From: the human T2T-CHM13v2.0 reference genome, Homo sapiens
Direction: 5' to 3' (one strand)
NCBI RefSeq assembly: GCF_009914755.1
Contig: NC_060928.1
DNA length: 64,000 nt
Shown: one piece after another, positions 39,795 through 53,530 of the stretch
Layout of the letters: every line of letters starts with the position of its first letter
How positions within the stretch are numbered: position 1 is the stretch's first letter
Made by a program: the position numbers and the translations under genes
The notes under the pieces: generated by a model
What the model saw: the letters and a program-made list of their open reading frames with translations, nothing else
Told to the model about the DNA's origin: nothing
Database searches by the model: none

Positions 39795-40730
39795 TACTTT
39801 TTTATATATTATGTATATATTTTGTATAATATGTATATATATACACACATTCTTTTTCATCAGACAACCAATTTCTTTTTTTTAAAGTCAACTTTTATTT
39901 TAAGTTCAGGGGCACATGTGCCAGTTTGTTACACAGGTAAACTTGTGTCATGGGGGTTTGTTGTACAGATTATTTTATTACTCAGGTATTAAGCCTAGGA
40001 CTCATTAGTTAATTTTCCTGATCCTCTCCCTTCTCCCACCCTCTACTCTCTGATAGGCCCCAGTGTGTGTTGTTCCCCTCTATGTGCCCATGTGTTCTCA
40101 TCATTTAGCTCCCACTTACAAGTGAGAACATGCAGTATTTGGTTTTCTGTTCCTGCATTAGTGAAACTGTATATTATTGTTAAATATAGTCATCCTACAG
40201 TGCTATAGAACACTAGAATTGACTCCTTCTATCTAGCTGTAATTTTGTACCCCTTAACAACTCTCTATCTTCCTCCTACCCTTCCCTGCAGCTAGTATCC
40301 TCTGTTCTACTTTTCACTTCTATGAGATCAGCTACTTTTAGCTTCCACATATGAGTAAGAACATGTGGTGCTTAGCTTTCTGTTCCTGGCTTATTTCACT
40401 TAATGTCCTCCAGTTCCATCCCTGTTGCTGTTGATGACAGGATTCCATTCTTTTTATGGCTGAATAGTATTCCATTGTGTATATATACCACATTTGCTTT
40501 ATCCATTCATCTGTTGTTGGACACCTAGGTTGATGCCTTATCTTGGCTACTGTGAATAGTGCTACAATAAACATGGGGATACAGATGTCTCTTCAATATA
40601 ATGATTTCCTTTCCTTTGGATGAATTCCCAGTAGTGAGATTGTTGGATCACATGTTGGTTCTATTTGTAGGTTGTTGAGGAACCTCAATATTGTTCTCCG
40701 CAGTGGCTGTACTAGCTTACATGTCCACCA
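39560..40730 (-). mobile_element. Antisense L1 3' end with a nested younger L1PA 3' end (~39880-40165) and (TA)n(CA)n microsatellite (~39727-39793)
   Basis: Two stacked L1 3'UTR signatures; ORF 40338..40574(-) gives the L1-like WIKQMWYIYTMEYYSAIK. Confidence 0.8.
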
Positions 40731-43700
40731 ATATTGCCATTCTTTCTTTAAATAAAGTAGTACAGTCAAGTTGCTTTCTATGGAGTCTGGCTGGCCTCAG
40801 AGCCATTCTTTCTTGTCTACATGATTTTACATATCTATATAGCTCTTAAAATTTAGTTTCTAAATGGCAGTCTTATTTTACTCATCCTAATTCTCTGGTG
40901 AGGTGGGCACCTCCTTGTGGCTCCCAAATAAATAGAAATTGATGGTTTCCAACTGAGACCATTTGCTCATTAACATTCATTATTTCAATAAAGCACACGT
41001 TATGATCCAGGCATTAGGCATAAACAAGTTTGATCTAAGGAAGTGAATGAGAAAACAGGGGAGAAGCACATTCCTAGCAGAGAGAACACCAAAGTAAATG
41101 TACAGAATTGTTTATGGCAAGTTAAGATGTGATTTAAAAAAATCTGGAGTCACTGATGCATGGAAAAAGAGAAAGAGGAAGGGAAAATGGTAAGAGAAGA
41201 GATTGGAAAGGTGAGCTGGGATCCAATGGGAAGATCTCTGAATAACAGACTAAGGAGAGTAGTCTTCATTTTTCTTGAGAGCTTTCCCAGCACTAGGTTT
41301 TCATACATCATATATTATACATAGCATAAATGTTTTTGAGATGGATATTATAAACTCTCTCCCCCTTAAAAATAGATGTAAAAAATAAAGAAGAGCAAAT
41401 GAAGCATAAGAAAGCTAAGTTAATTACTCTAGTTAGAAATCCAAGAAATGGCAGGGCCTAGGTTTCATTTCAGTTCAATGACAAGGCACTGAAAGTTTTA
41501 AGCAGTGGAATAACATTCATGAATATGACCTTATCTGCTCAAAATAAAATAGGCAAGGGAAATGCTATGTTCTCTGTTTGATCTCAATACTTAAAGAACT
41601 CAAGAGCCTCCCAGTCACTTCCTAATGGCTTGTTTTCCTAGTTCTGTTATTTTGAGAGAGCCACATTTAGTAGAGTTCATTCTTATTCTCCCAAAGTTTC
41701 CTCATGAAGATATAGATCAGAGTGATAAAGATTACTATTTAAGTTTTTCCAAAACAAACAAAAAACTGCAGTGGTGATTTTGGAGAAACTCTAGAAATAT
41801 TGATTTCCAAAAATGGAAGGTTATACTGAAGTCTTTAACAAACATGGTTTAGTGCACAGCAGAATCATTCAGCCTGGAAGCTGCAGATATTGCCACAAAG
41901 CACTAGACACTGTGGCTTGTACTGCTGATCCCACTGGCAATAACTCTAGATGCTGCCAATAACATTGGAACTACTCGTGCCTCTAATCTCCAGCTGTCAC
42001 TGCTGCCAGAGGCCTTTCTCCATAGGCCCTGGTTTGTTGTATCACAAGTTCTTAATTCTCTATTTGAAGAAGAGCCTATACCAAGTGCCCACGTGCTAGT
42101 TACAAGTTAATTTAGAAAGATAGCATCTTCCATTTTTGGCGTCTATATCACAAGGTATATTTTGTCTCATGTGCAAACATGTAAAGGGAATGCACCATAT
42201 GTAAAAAAAAAGTTCTGATGCTGAGTGAGCAAAAAGATTAAAAAATGTTCCACTGATGAAGTGAAGAAACATGTCCATGCCAGAAGGAGAAGCAGCATTT
42301 AATGATGTGGGAATGGTGGGGGGGAGGTGTGATCTGTGTTGAGGAAGATGGGAGGCATAACACTCATCCCAAGGGGAGTGTGTAAAACACCAAGGGATTC
42401 TCACAGAGAATAGAGGAGCCTTGAAATGCAAGGGAACTGACATTTATTGCATAGGCACTATGCCACAGGTCCTGTGCGAGATGTCTCACCTTAGGCCAGT
42501 GCTCCAGGAATTTCACTGATGGGTCCCGGAGACACAGATTCATGATTTTTATGTATACTTTGCCAGGGTGCTGTGAAAAATGGGAGGATATCCTTTTATA
42601 TATAGTTAAGGCATTCTAAAATTGAGCTTCATAGGGAGAGGTTTCCCTAACCCCCCTAAAATTATTGATCTATGTAAATAGAGAATCCATGATTTTCATG
42701 AGATTTTCAAAGGAGTCCATGAGTGTGCTGCTGGAATCTATTCAGCTGAATAAAGGAATGACATTTACAATCATAAGATCTGTCTAGACCTTGTTCTGTT
42801 AAATTTTTGTTTTCCTGAAAAACCCAAGTCAATGCTGATCTTAAAGAGTTAGAAGTATACTGTGATCCATATTTCATGTGTCACTTACTAGGGTTAGTAG
42901 ATAAAGCTATGTATAAAGGAAAATAGTGTATCATAAAATATCTTTCTGATCAAATAAACACAAAATTTAAGCTTCTGAAGAGTTAAAAGGCATAATGAAA
43001 ATATCCTCAAAATAAAATTATAAATAATATCATTTATTTATATTCCAAGTATATTTAGATTATGAGTTTTATGAAGATGTTGCTGAGACTGACAATTTCC
43101 ACAATATCTATTCTCTTCTTCTTTGTATTAGAAATAGAAATCTTTGGTTTTCAGTTAGGTATACGACTGCCTAGATGGAAATTCCAATTTCCTAGCCTTC
43201 CTTGCATCAAGGAATACAAATATGGTTAAGTCCTGGCCAGTGAAATGTGAGCAGAAGTGATGTGTTATGCCTTCTTCCTTTTCTCTCTTCCCATTGACTG
43301 TAAATTGCCAACTATTGAAATAACCTTTTTGTACCAAAAGATATTTTTCTTCTTGGTTGTTTCATGAGGGAGAAACAAACTTCAACATTATTTGATGCAC
43401 TGTATTTTAGGATCTCCTTATTACAGAAGCTTAATCTATATCCTTACTAATATCTATGTAGTATACAAAAAATACACAAAAGAATCAGTTAAAATGAACA
43501 AAATATTTAGACTTTGCAAATCTGGGTAATGAATGCCCCAGCATATAAACTATTCCATGGGAATAAATTGAAGTTACACCATTTTAAGAACCTGTTAGAT
43601 TACATTTAAAAGGTAGAAAGATCTCAAATTAACAACCTAACATTGCACCTCAAGAAACTAGAAAAATAAGAGCAATCCAAACCTCAAGCTAGCAGAAAGA

Positions 43701-45292
43701 AATAAATAACAAAAATCAGAGTATAACAAAATGAAATTGAGAAAAAAAGTTATATAAAGGATCAACAAAACAAAAAGTTGGTTTTTTGAAAGAATAAAAA
43801 ATTGACAGACCGCTAGCTAGATTAACCAAGAAAAAATGAGGAGATTCAAATAAGCACAATCAGAAATGAGAAAGGTGACATTACAACTGATAAAATAGAA
43901 ATACAAACGATTGTCAGAGACTACTGTGACATACACCACTATGTGCACAAACTGGAAAACCTAGAGGAAATGGATAAATTCCTGAAAACATACAACACCC
44001 CAAGATTGAACAAGGAAGAATTAGAAGTCCTGAATAAACCAATAATGAGTAATGAAATTGAACCAGTAATAAAAAATCTTCCAACAAGCCTAGGACCAGA
44101 TGGACTCACCACCAAATTTTACCAGATATATAAAAAAGACCTGGTATGAGTCTTACTGAAATTGTTCCAAAAAGTCAAGGAGGAGGAATTTCTCCCTCAT
44201 TCTATGAAACCAGCATCACCCTGATACCAAATCAGGCAAGGACACCACAGAAAAGGAAAACTACAGGTCCATATCCCTGATGAACATAGATGCAAAAATC
44301 CTCAACAAAATACTAGCAAACCAAAGTCAACACCACATCAAAAAGATAATTCACCACAATTGAGTGGGTTTTATTCCAGGAATGCAAGGACGGTTCAGCA
44401 ACTGCAAATCAATAAATGTGATTTACCACATAAAAGTAAGTAAAAAGACAAACCATATGATCAACTCAATAGCTGCTGAAAAAAAAGGCATTCGATAAAA
44501 CCCAACATCCTTTTATGATAAAAACCCTCAACAAACTAGCATCAAAAAAAAAATACCTCAAAAGAATAGGAACCATAGAGCCATATATGACAAAATCACA
44601 TCCAACATCATACTGAATGGGAAAAAGATGAAAGCATTCCCTCTAAGAACTGGAATAAGACAAGGATGTCCACTTTCACAACTCCTTTTAAACACAGTAC
44701 TAGAAGTACTAGCCAGAGCATAAAATCAGGTAAGAGAAAGAAATGAAAAATATGCAAATTGGAAAAGAGGTAGTAAAATTATCTCTGTTTACTGATGACA
44801 TATCATATACCTAGAAAACCCTAAAAACTCCTCCAAATGACTCTGAGACTTAAGCGACTTCAGTAAAGTTTCAGGATACAAAATCAACATACAAATACCA
44901 GTAACATTTTTATACCAATAATATTCAAGCTGAGAACCAATCAAAAACCTGATCCCATTTACAATAGCTACAAAAAATTAAAAGACCTAGGAATACATTT
45001 AACCAAGGCAGTGAAAGATCTCTATAAACACAACTACAAAACCTAATGAAAGAAATCACAAATGACACAAATAAATGGAAAAATATCCCATGCTCATGGA
45101 CGGGAAAAATCAATACTGTTAAAATCGCCATACTAATCAAAGCAATCTGTAGATTCAACACAATCCTTATCAAATTACTAAAGTCATTTTTTTCACAGAA
45201 TTCGAAAAACAATCCTAAAGTTCATATGGAATCAAAAAAGGCTGACTAGCCAAAGCCATCCTAAGCAAAAAGAACATAGCTGGAGGTATCAC

Positions 45293-47541
45293 TGTGTTAG
45301 TCCATTTTCATGCTGCTGATAAAGACATACCCAAGACTGGGCAATTTACAAAAGAAAGAGGTTTAACAAACTTACATTTCCACATGGCTGGGAGGCATCA
45401 CAATCATGACGGAAGGCAAGGAGGAGCAAGTCACATTTTACATGAATGGCAGCAGACAAAGAGAGAGAGCTTGTGCAGGGAAACTCCCCCTTATAAAACT
45501 GAGACTCCATCTAAAAAAAAAAAAAAATCAGATTTTATGAGACTTATTCACTATCATGAAAACAGCATGGGAAAGAACTACCCCCATGATTCAATTACCT
45601 CCCACTGGGTCCCTCCCTCAACATTTAGGAATTCAAGAACAGATTTGGGTAGGGACACAACCAAACCATATCATTTTAACCCTGGCACCTCCCAAATCTC
45701 ATGTTTTCACATTTCAAAACCAATCATGCCTTCCCAACAGTCCCCCAAAGTCTTAATTCATTTCAGCATTAACTCAATAGTCTACAGTCCAAAGTGTCAT
45801 CCAAGACAAGGCAAATCCCTTCTGCCTATGAACCCATAAAATCAAAAGCAAGTTAGTTACTTCCTTGATACAATTGGGGGTACAGGCATTGGGTAAATAT
45901 AGCCATTCCAAATGGGAGAAGTTGGCTAAAACAAAGGTGCTACAGGCCTCATGCCAGTCTGAAATCCAGGGGGGCAGTTAAATCTTAGAGCTCCAAAATG
46001 ATCTCCTTTGACTCCATTCTCACATCCTGGTCATGCTGATGCAGGAAGTGGGCTCCCACAGCCTTGGACAGCTCTGCCTTATGGCTTTGCAGGGTACAGC
46101 CTCCCTCCCAGCTGCTTTCACGGGCTGACATTTTGTCTGTAGCTTTTCCAGCCACATGGTGCAAGCTGTCAGTGGATCTACCATTCTGGGGTCTGGAGGA
46201 CAGTGGCCTCCTTCCCACAACTCCACTAAACTGTGCCCCAGTAGGGACTCTGTGTGGGGGCTCCAAACCCACATTTCCCTTCCACACTACCTTAGCAGAG
46301 GTTCTCCATGGGGGCCCCACCCCTGCAGCAAACTTCTGCCTGGGCATCCAGGAATTTATGTACATCCTTTAAAATCTACACAGAGGTTCCCAAACCTCAA
46401 TTCTTGACTTCTGTGAAGTAACAACCCAAGCTGTACCTTGGCCCCTTTTAGTCTTGCTGGAGCAGCTGGGATGCAGGGCTCCTAGTCTCTAGACTGTACA
46501 CAGCAGAGGGACCCTGGACCTGGCCCACAAAACCATTTTTTCCTGCTAAACCTCTGGGCCTGTGATGGGAGGGGCTGCCATGAAGAACTCTGAAATGCCC
46601 TAGAGACATTTTCCCCATTGCCCTGGTGATTAACATTGGGCTCCTCATTACTCATGTAATTTTCTGCAGCTGGCTTAAATTTCTCCTCAGAAAATGGGAT
46701 TTTCTTTTCTATCACATTGTCAGGCTGCAAATTTTCCGAACATTTATGCCCTGTTTCCCTTTTAAAACTAAATGCCTTTGGCACCCAAGTCACCTCTTGA
46801 ATGCTTTGCTACTTAGAAATTTCTTCTGCCAGATACCCTAAATCATCTCTCTCAAGTTCAAGGTTCCACAAATCTCTAGGGCAGGGGCAAAATGCAACCA
46901 GTCTCTTTGTTAATACACAACAAGAGTCACCTTTGCTCCAGGTCCCAACAAGTTTCTCATTTTTATCTGAGACCACATCAGCCTGGATTTCATTATCCAT
47001 ATAATTATTAACATTTTGGTCAAAGCCATTCAACAAGTCTCTAGGGAGTTCCAAACTTTCTCACATTTTCCTGTATTCTTCTAAGCCCTCCAAATTATTC
47101 CAACCTCTGCCTGTTACCCAGTTCCAAAGTTGCTTCCACATTTTCAGGTATCTTTTCAGCAGTGCCCCATTCTACTGGTACTAATTTACTATACCATTTT
47201 CATGTTGCTGATGAAGACATACTCAAGACTGGGCAATTTATAAAATGAGGAGGTTTAATGGACTTACAGTTCCACATGGCTGGGGAGGCCTCACAAACAT
47301 GGTGGAAGGCAAGGAGGAGCAAGTCATGTCTTACGTGGAAGGTGGAAGACAAAGAGGGAGAGCTTGTGCAGGGAAACTCCCCCTTATAAAACCATCAGAT
47401 CTCATGAGACTTATTCACTATCATGAGAACAGCATGGGAAAGACCTGCCCCCATGATTCAATTACCTCCCCACTGGGTCCCTTGAACAACATGTAGGAAT
47501 TCAAGATGAGATTTTGGTGGGTACACAGCCAAAACATATCA
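45293..47541 (-). mobile_element. Full-length THE1 (MaLR) element: LTR 45293-45673, internal region, LTR ~47190-47541
   Basis: Two paralogous LTRs reading tg..tagtccattttcatgctgctgataaagacatacc...ccatatca. 5-bp TSD ATCAC at 45288-45292 and 47542-47546, and L1 ORF2 resumes across it. Confidence 0.93.
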
Positions 47542-47847
47542 ATCACATTGCCTGACATCAAATTATACTACAAGACTATAGTAACTAAAACAGCATGGTA
47601 TTGGAAAAAAAAACAACACATAGATCAATGGAACAGAGTAGAGAATCCAGAAATAAAGCCACATACCTACAACCAACTGATATTTGACAAAGCTGACCAA
47701 AATAAACAATAGGGAAAGGACACTCTATTCAATAAATAATACTGGAGAAATTGGCTAGCTATATGCAGAAGAATGAAACTGGATCCCTATCTCTCATCAT
47801 ATATAAAAATCAACTCAAGATATATTAACAACTTAAGAGTAAGATCT

Positions 47848-48337
<490 letters not shown>

Positions 48338-48462
48338 TTACATCATGGGACAGAATAATTGCCACTGACAAAAAATTAATATCTAAACTCTATAAGGAAC
48401 TTAAACAACTTAAGAAAAAAGCAAACAACTCAATTAAAAACTGAGCAAAGGACATGAATAAT

Positions 48463-48592
48463 CTTATCAGTAGAACTGATAATAGGATAATGGGAAGTGT
48501 GACTTCATATGAAATTGTCTGGGCTACAGCTTGCAATGCGCTGATTAGTCCATAATTTGACTTAGATGCTCATCCTGATCATAGAATAGAGT
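48463..48592 (-). pseudogene. NUMT: fragment of mitochondrial ND1
   Basis: The minus strand in the vertebrate mitochondrial code reads [42 protein letters not shown], ungapped against recalled human ND1 [42 protein letters not shown]. Both Trp codons are TGA. Confidence 0.92.
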
Positions 48593-51500
48593 GGCCAAAA
48601 GACACAAGAAAAAATGCTCAACATCACTAATTATCAAATGCAAATTAAAACTACAATGAGTTATCTTACGTCAGTCAGAATGGTTATTATTAAAACAATT
48701 TTTAAAACCACAAATGTTGGCATGGATGCAGAGAAAAGGAAATGCTCATACACTGTAGGTGGGAATATAAATTAGTTCAATCTCCATGGAAAACGGTAGA
48801 AGTATGTCCCAAGGAACTAAAAATAAAACTACAATTTGACCTAGTAATCCCATTACTGGGTATCTACCCAAAGGAAAAAAAAATCATTATACAAAAAAGA
48901 CACCTGTACTTACGTTCACCATGGTACTATTCACAATAGCAAAGTCATGGAATCAACCTAAGTGTCCATCAGCAATTGACTGGATAAGGAAAATATGGTA
49001 TCTATACACCATGGAATATTATGCAGCCATAAAAAATAAAATTATGTCCTTTGCAGCAACATGGATGGAGCTGGAAGGCATTATCCTAATCAAACTAACT
49101 CGAAAACAGAAAAGCAAATACCACATGTCCTCAATTATAAATGGAAGCTAAGCAATGGGTACACATGGACATAAAGATGGAAGTAATAGACACCGAGGAC
49201 ATCAAAAGTGTGGTGAGTGGGAGAGAGTGAGATCGAAAAGTTACCCATTTGGTACAATGTTTACTATTTGGATAATGGGCACACTAGAAGCCCAGATCCC
49301 CACCAGTGCACAATTTACCCATGTAACAAACATGCATGTGTCCCCCACACCCGCGAATCTAAAATAAAATGTAAATTAAAAAAACAACCTGCTAGATACT
49401 ATTTGGTAAACTGCTACATCAGAAACTATAATTATTGGTCAGAATTTTAAATTGGGACATTAATTATGCAAGTACAGTTTGCAAATCTGTCCGTTATAAA
49501 TGAATGTCGTGAAAATGAGTTAAGAATGTAAGTTTGCTCCTATTCCATTGTAGTCTGCCTACTAGTACTAGTTCTCAGCCCTGGATGCACATCACCTGAG
49601 GAGCTTTTAAAGAATGTTATTGTCTTGGCTCCATCCTAGAGATTCTCATTTAACTGTTCTGAGATTAGGCCTCTGCAGTGGTACTTTTAAATTCTAAAGT
49701 GCAGTCAGCATTACTTCTGGAAACTTTTGGTCATTCTTGGGTCCCAGGCATATATCAATATTGGAGATAGAATGTTAAACAAACTCTCATCCATTTCTTA
49801 TGATGGGTTAAATTTTTAGCTCAGTCACATAGACTCTCCTGCTTCTTCTTCCAACACATTAATAGGCCCAACATTTCAGTAACTGGCACTTGTAGCTTTG
49901 ATCAGCTCACAGATAGTGACTAGCAAAGGTATAACCAGCCATCTGAAAAAAATGTAAGAATAGTTTAGTTTTTGATAAACTGCACATCCCAAGGTCAATT
50001 ATAATGTAATGTCTCTGAGTTTCACTCTCACTGGCTTTCCATTAGCATCTACCTCGTCATCAAAAGAAATCTCACCTAAGTGTGTGAATGGTTTCCCTCT
50101 GTCCTTGTACCACAATACAACAGATGGAAGAAATTACAGCAGGAAAAATAGCTACAGACCGGAGGTCTCATGGTCAGACACATGAAACAGAAAGTCTGGC
50201 CTTCTCTTTTCAGCACAGATCATAACTATTATTTTAAGCAACAAAATGCAAATGTAGAGTTTGCTCAGAGGCCTCGTTGTGTAACTGATATGAAAGAGAC
50301 CGCTACCATCCTTTTATGCAACACAAGCTATCCTTTATAAATTGTAGGTCTAGCAGATTGGCTGGAAGTCCCCCGTGGGGAGGAAGGAAGCACGCTGGAA
50401 GCTGGCCTGACTAGCGGAGGGAGGGTGGGGAGTCTGAATGGGTCATGGTCATTGGGCTCACATCCACTCCCACCCCAAGTAGAACTTCAACCCTCCCTCA
50501 TCTCCTTCCCGGGTTAGGTGTTTCCCCTCTTAAATCATGCTTCCCCTCCAATCCCAGGAAATATCAAAAGAGAGTAATACATAGGGAATTTACATAGATG
50601 CAGAAAGGACGAGCTTTGCTATGTTTTAAAATGAAGACAATATCAGTAAGAGAAAGTTTTTGTTTGTCTTTTAGATATTTCACTCTGAGGATGGACCTCA
50701 AAGGATCACTGTCCTTTGTCTTTCCCTATGCAGGACTTAAGGGATGTGAATTACTCTCCCCACTTTTCTCTCCTCTAGCTTCACCAAGGGGTAAATTTGA
50801 TGGAACCAAATGACCCTGAGGGATAAGAAAGGAGTAAAATAAGAAGGCATGAAAGGAGAGAAGAGAAGAAAGAGGAAGACACAGAAGGGAGACCAGAGAC
50901 ATCCTTATGTCCATGGGAACTGGATACCACGTGGATTAATAATTGTCTGAGTGCCAAAGTAAAGAACTGTTTTCACTGTCCTCTGGAGATTGTATATGTG
51001 CTTGATGCTGCAATGTTACGATTTTCTATCTGGGAGTGGACTGTACCTTCCCGACTTTTCAAATGCAGTATTAAGGACAGTAGTGAACACAGGGAGAGGT
51101 TCAACAGCAAGCCTGAAGGTTTATGGCAAATTGAAATCTAATCCACATGAGGTCAGTGGCCTAGAGAAGATTCTATAGAAGGAAGTGGGACAGGGTGCTT
51201 CAGACCTTGGCCAAAACTAGATTAATATGGTTAGGATTATGACACATGGCAAAGGTACCATAAGGAACATGCAAATGCTTTAACATGAAGAGTTCCATAA
51301 GGAGAAACACAGCTTGACTTCCTGGGGCCCCATTCCATAAGCATGCATATTTTTCCACAGTTGCAATATTACAGCAATTTTATTTTCCTCATTTAACTTA
51401 CATATTCTTAGATTTTTACAGTTTTCAAGGTATCATACATTACTTAATTACTTGTCCATCTTTCTTCTCTTTTTTTTTGGTATTAGTAACGAAGCAATGA

Positions 51501-52010
51501 ACAACTTTAGGCAAATATAATTTTGCTACTTAAAACCCTAGATTGCCTCTTGTAAATTGACTAAAGAAAAGAGCATCCATTACCAAGAGTAACACTGAAC
51601 AACTTTTCCCTCTAGCAAGATGCCTTTTAATTTAATTACATTTATTCTTCCACCCAGTTTGAATGGAGAATCACAAAATCATATGTGCCTTAACCCCCAT
51701 CTATCGCAAAACACATAGGCTATAGTTTCTTGATTTAATGCTGGTGATTTAATGGCACCAATTGAGCGTTAAAATGTAAATTACTCAAAGACAACAGCAA
51801 TTCCTAAATTGCAGCCTTTCCAGAGTTCAAGTCTAAGAGTTATAATTTAACAATACCGTTATGACATAAACTATAAAAATTATCATTAAACACAACTGGA
51901 ACTTGTTTATATTTCTCTTAAAAAAAACAGGGTTTTTAAATATACCTTTAAACCCTGAAATCCAAGAATATTTGAATAAAGATAATCCAATTCTGTAATT
52001 TTTCTAACTC

Positions 52011-52023
52011 CCAGCAGGTGGCG
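52011..52023 (+). promoter_or_regulatory. Candidate CTCF binding site CCAGCAGGTGGCG
   Basis: Matches the CTCF core consensus CCASYAGRKGGCR; lies in apparently non-repetitive DNA. Confidence 0.55.
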
Positions 52024-52334
52024 ATGTTGCTCGCTGGTGTGGTCTCTGAGGGGCTAGAAGTCTCATTGAGAGCACAGGCGGATGGTCAACCTCGGACAAG
52101 ATGAAACATGGGCAGTTCTTGCATAAGAGAGATGCAGTCTTTTGTTAACCACTAAAAACTTCTAAAACTATTTATTAAACTGAGTTAGCTTCACTTTGTA
52201 AAACTAACTTTTCCCCTACGTCGCCCCCTCCCTACAACTGCGCATAGATTCCCTTTGATTATTCAAAAAGTTTAATTCATTAATCTGAAAGTTAAGAGCT
52301 TTCACCCACTGATTCCAATTTATCTGTCTGTCAG

Positions 52335-52870
52335 TGGTGAAAGAGTTAAGAACATGACGTCACAATATGCTGCTCTGGAATACTGATTATTTGGAGTTGA
52401 AGGCACTTGGAAAACAGCAGGTGCAAGAAGGTCACGCTGACTTTCCTTCTGTTTCTTAACAGCAGGCGATGGAAGTCCCATGTGAAAGATGTCCTTCTTA
52501 TTCCAGAGGGAAAGTTCCATTCTAATCAGCAGGGGGAAGCTGAAGCTTAGGGGAATCTGTGCAAACAAACCTTATTAAATTAACCCTTATCTTCCTAGTC
52601 ACATATCCGCTTACTTAACTCCCCTAGCCCAAACCCTGGGCCTTGTCACATTTTCACAATTTACTGCTCTTTGTCCAATTCACTATCTAAATCTTCAACT
52701 GCAACTGCATCTTGGGGTCTTCATTTTTTATGAGGGCTCTTGTGCCATGCAAAACTTGTATTAAAGAAATGTGTATACTTTTCTCCAAGTAGTCTGTCTT
52801 ACACCAATTTCAGTCTCAGGCGCAGCCAAAAATCTCTAAGTGAGTAGGGGTAAATTTGGCCTCTCCTGCA
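52335..52870 (+). mobile_element. ERV1 LTR (MER31-like)
   Basis: gagttaagaacatg...aatatgctgctctggaatactgattatttggagttgaaggcacttg matches the recalled MER31/MER34-group start. Confidence 0.55.
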
Positions 52871-53144
52871 GTGGCATAGAGGATGGATACAAATAGGGAA
52901 CGACAGGAAGCAGGGAGAACAATTAGGAGATTCCCGCAGTGTTTTAGTTAGAGCTATTTAAATTACTGAAATTTAAAAAGGAGTTCATTATAAAGAATTG
53001 GAATGCAGCAGGCCCGAGGAATAATATCAACAGGAAAGGTGACCACTATCAGACCTCTGCCTCTAATTTCTGTCTTTGCTCTTATCTATGTATTTGTTTC
53101 CTTCTCTCTCTTGAAGACAGGCACTTTCTCTCTCTCTTTCTATT

Positions 53145-53433
53145 TTTTTAGACGGAGTTTCGCTCTTGTTGCCCAGGCTGGAGTGCAGTGGCACAATCTC
53201 GGCTCACTCCCACCCCACCTCCCGGGTTCAAACGATTCTCCTGCCTCAGCCTCTTGAGTAGCTGGAATTACAGGCATGTGCCACCACATCTGGCTAATTT
53301 TTCTGAATTTTTAGTAGAGACGGGGTTTCTCCATGTTGATCAGGCTGGTCTCGAACTCCCAACCTCAAGTGATCTGCCTGCCTCGGCCTCCCAAAGTGCT
53401 GGGATTACAGGCATGAGCCACTGCACTCGGCCT
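53145..53433 (-). mobile_element. AluS (Sp/Sq-like), antisense
   Basis: agacggagtttcgctcttgttgcccaggctgg. Confidence 0.92.
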
Positions 53434-53530
53434 CTTTTTTTGGTACACACGGGGAGAATATGACCATCAACCCAGATTCTACATTTTCCATCATCACAGA
53501 AACGGATTCTTTTGTTAGTCTTAGGGAAGG

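Noticed and set aside
45294-47496. Cluster of 60-181 aa ORFs on both strands
   Set aside because: All lie within the THE1 LTR/internal sequence, which is degenerate MaLR DNA.
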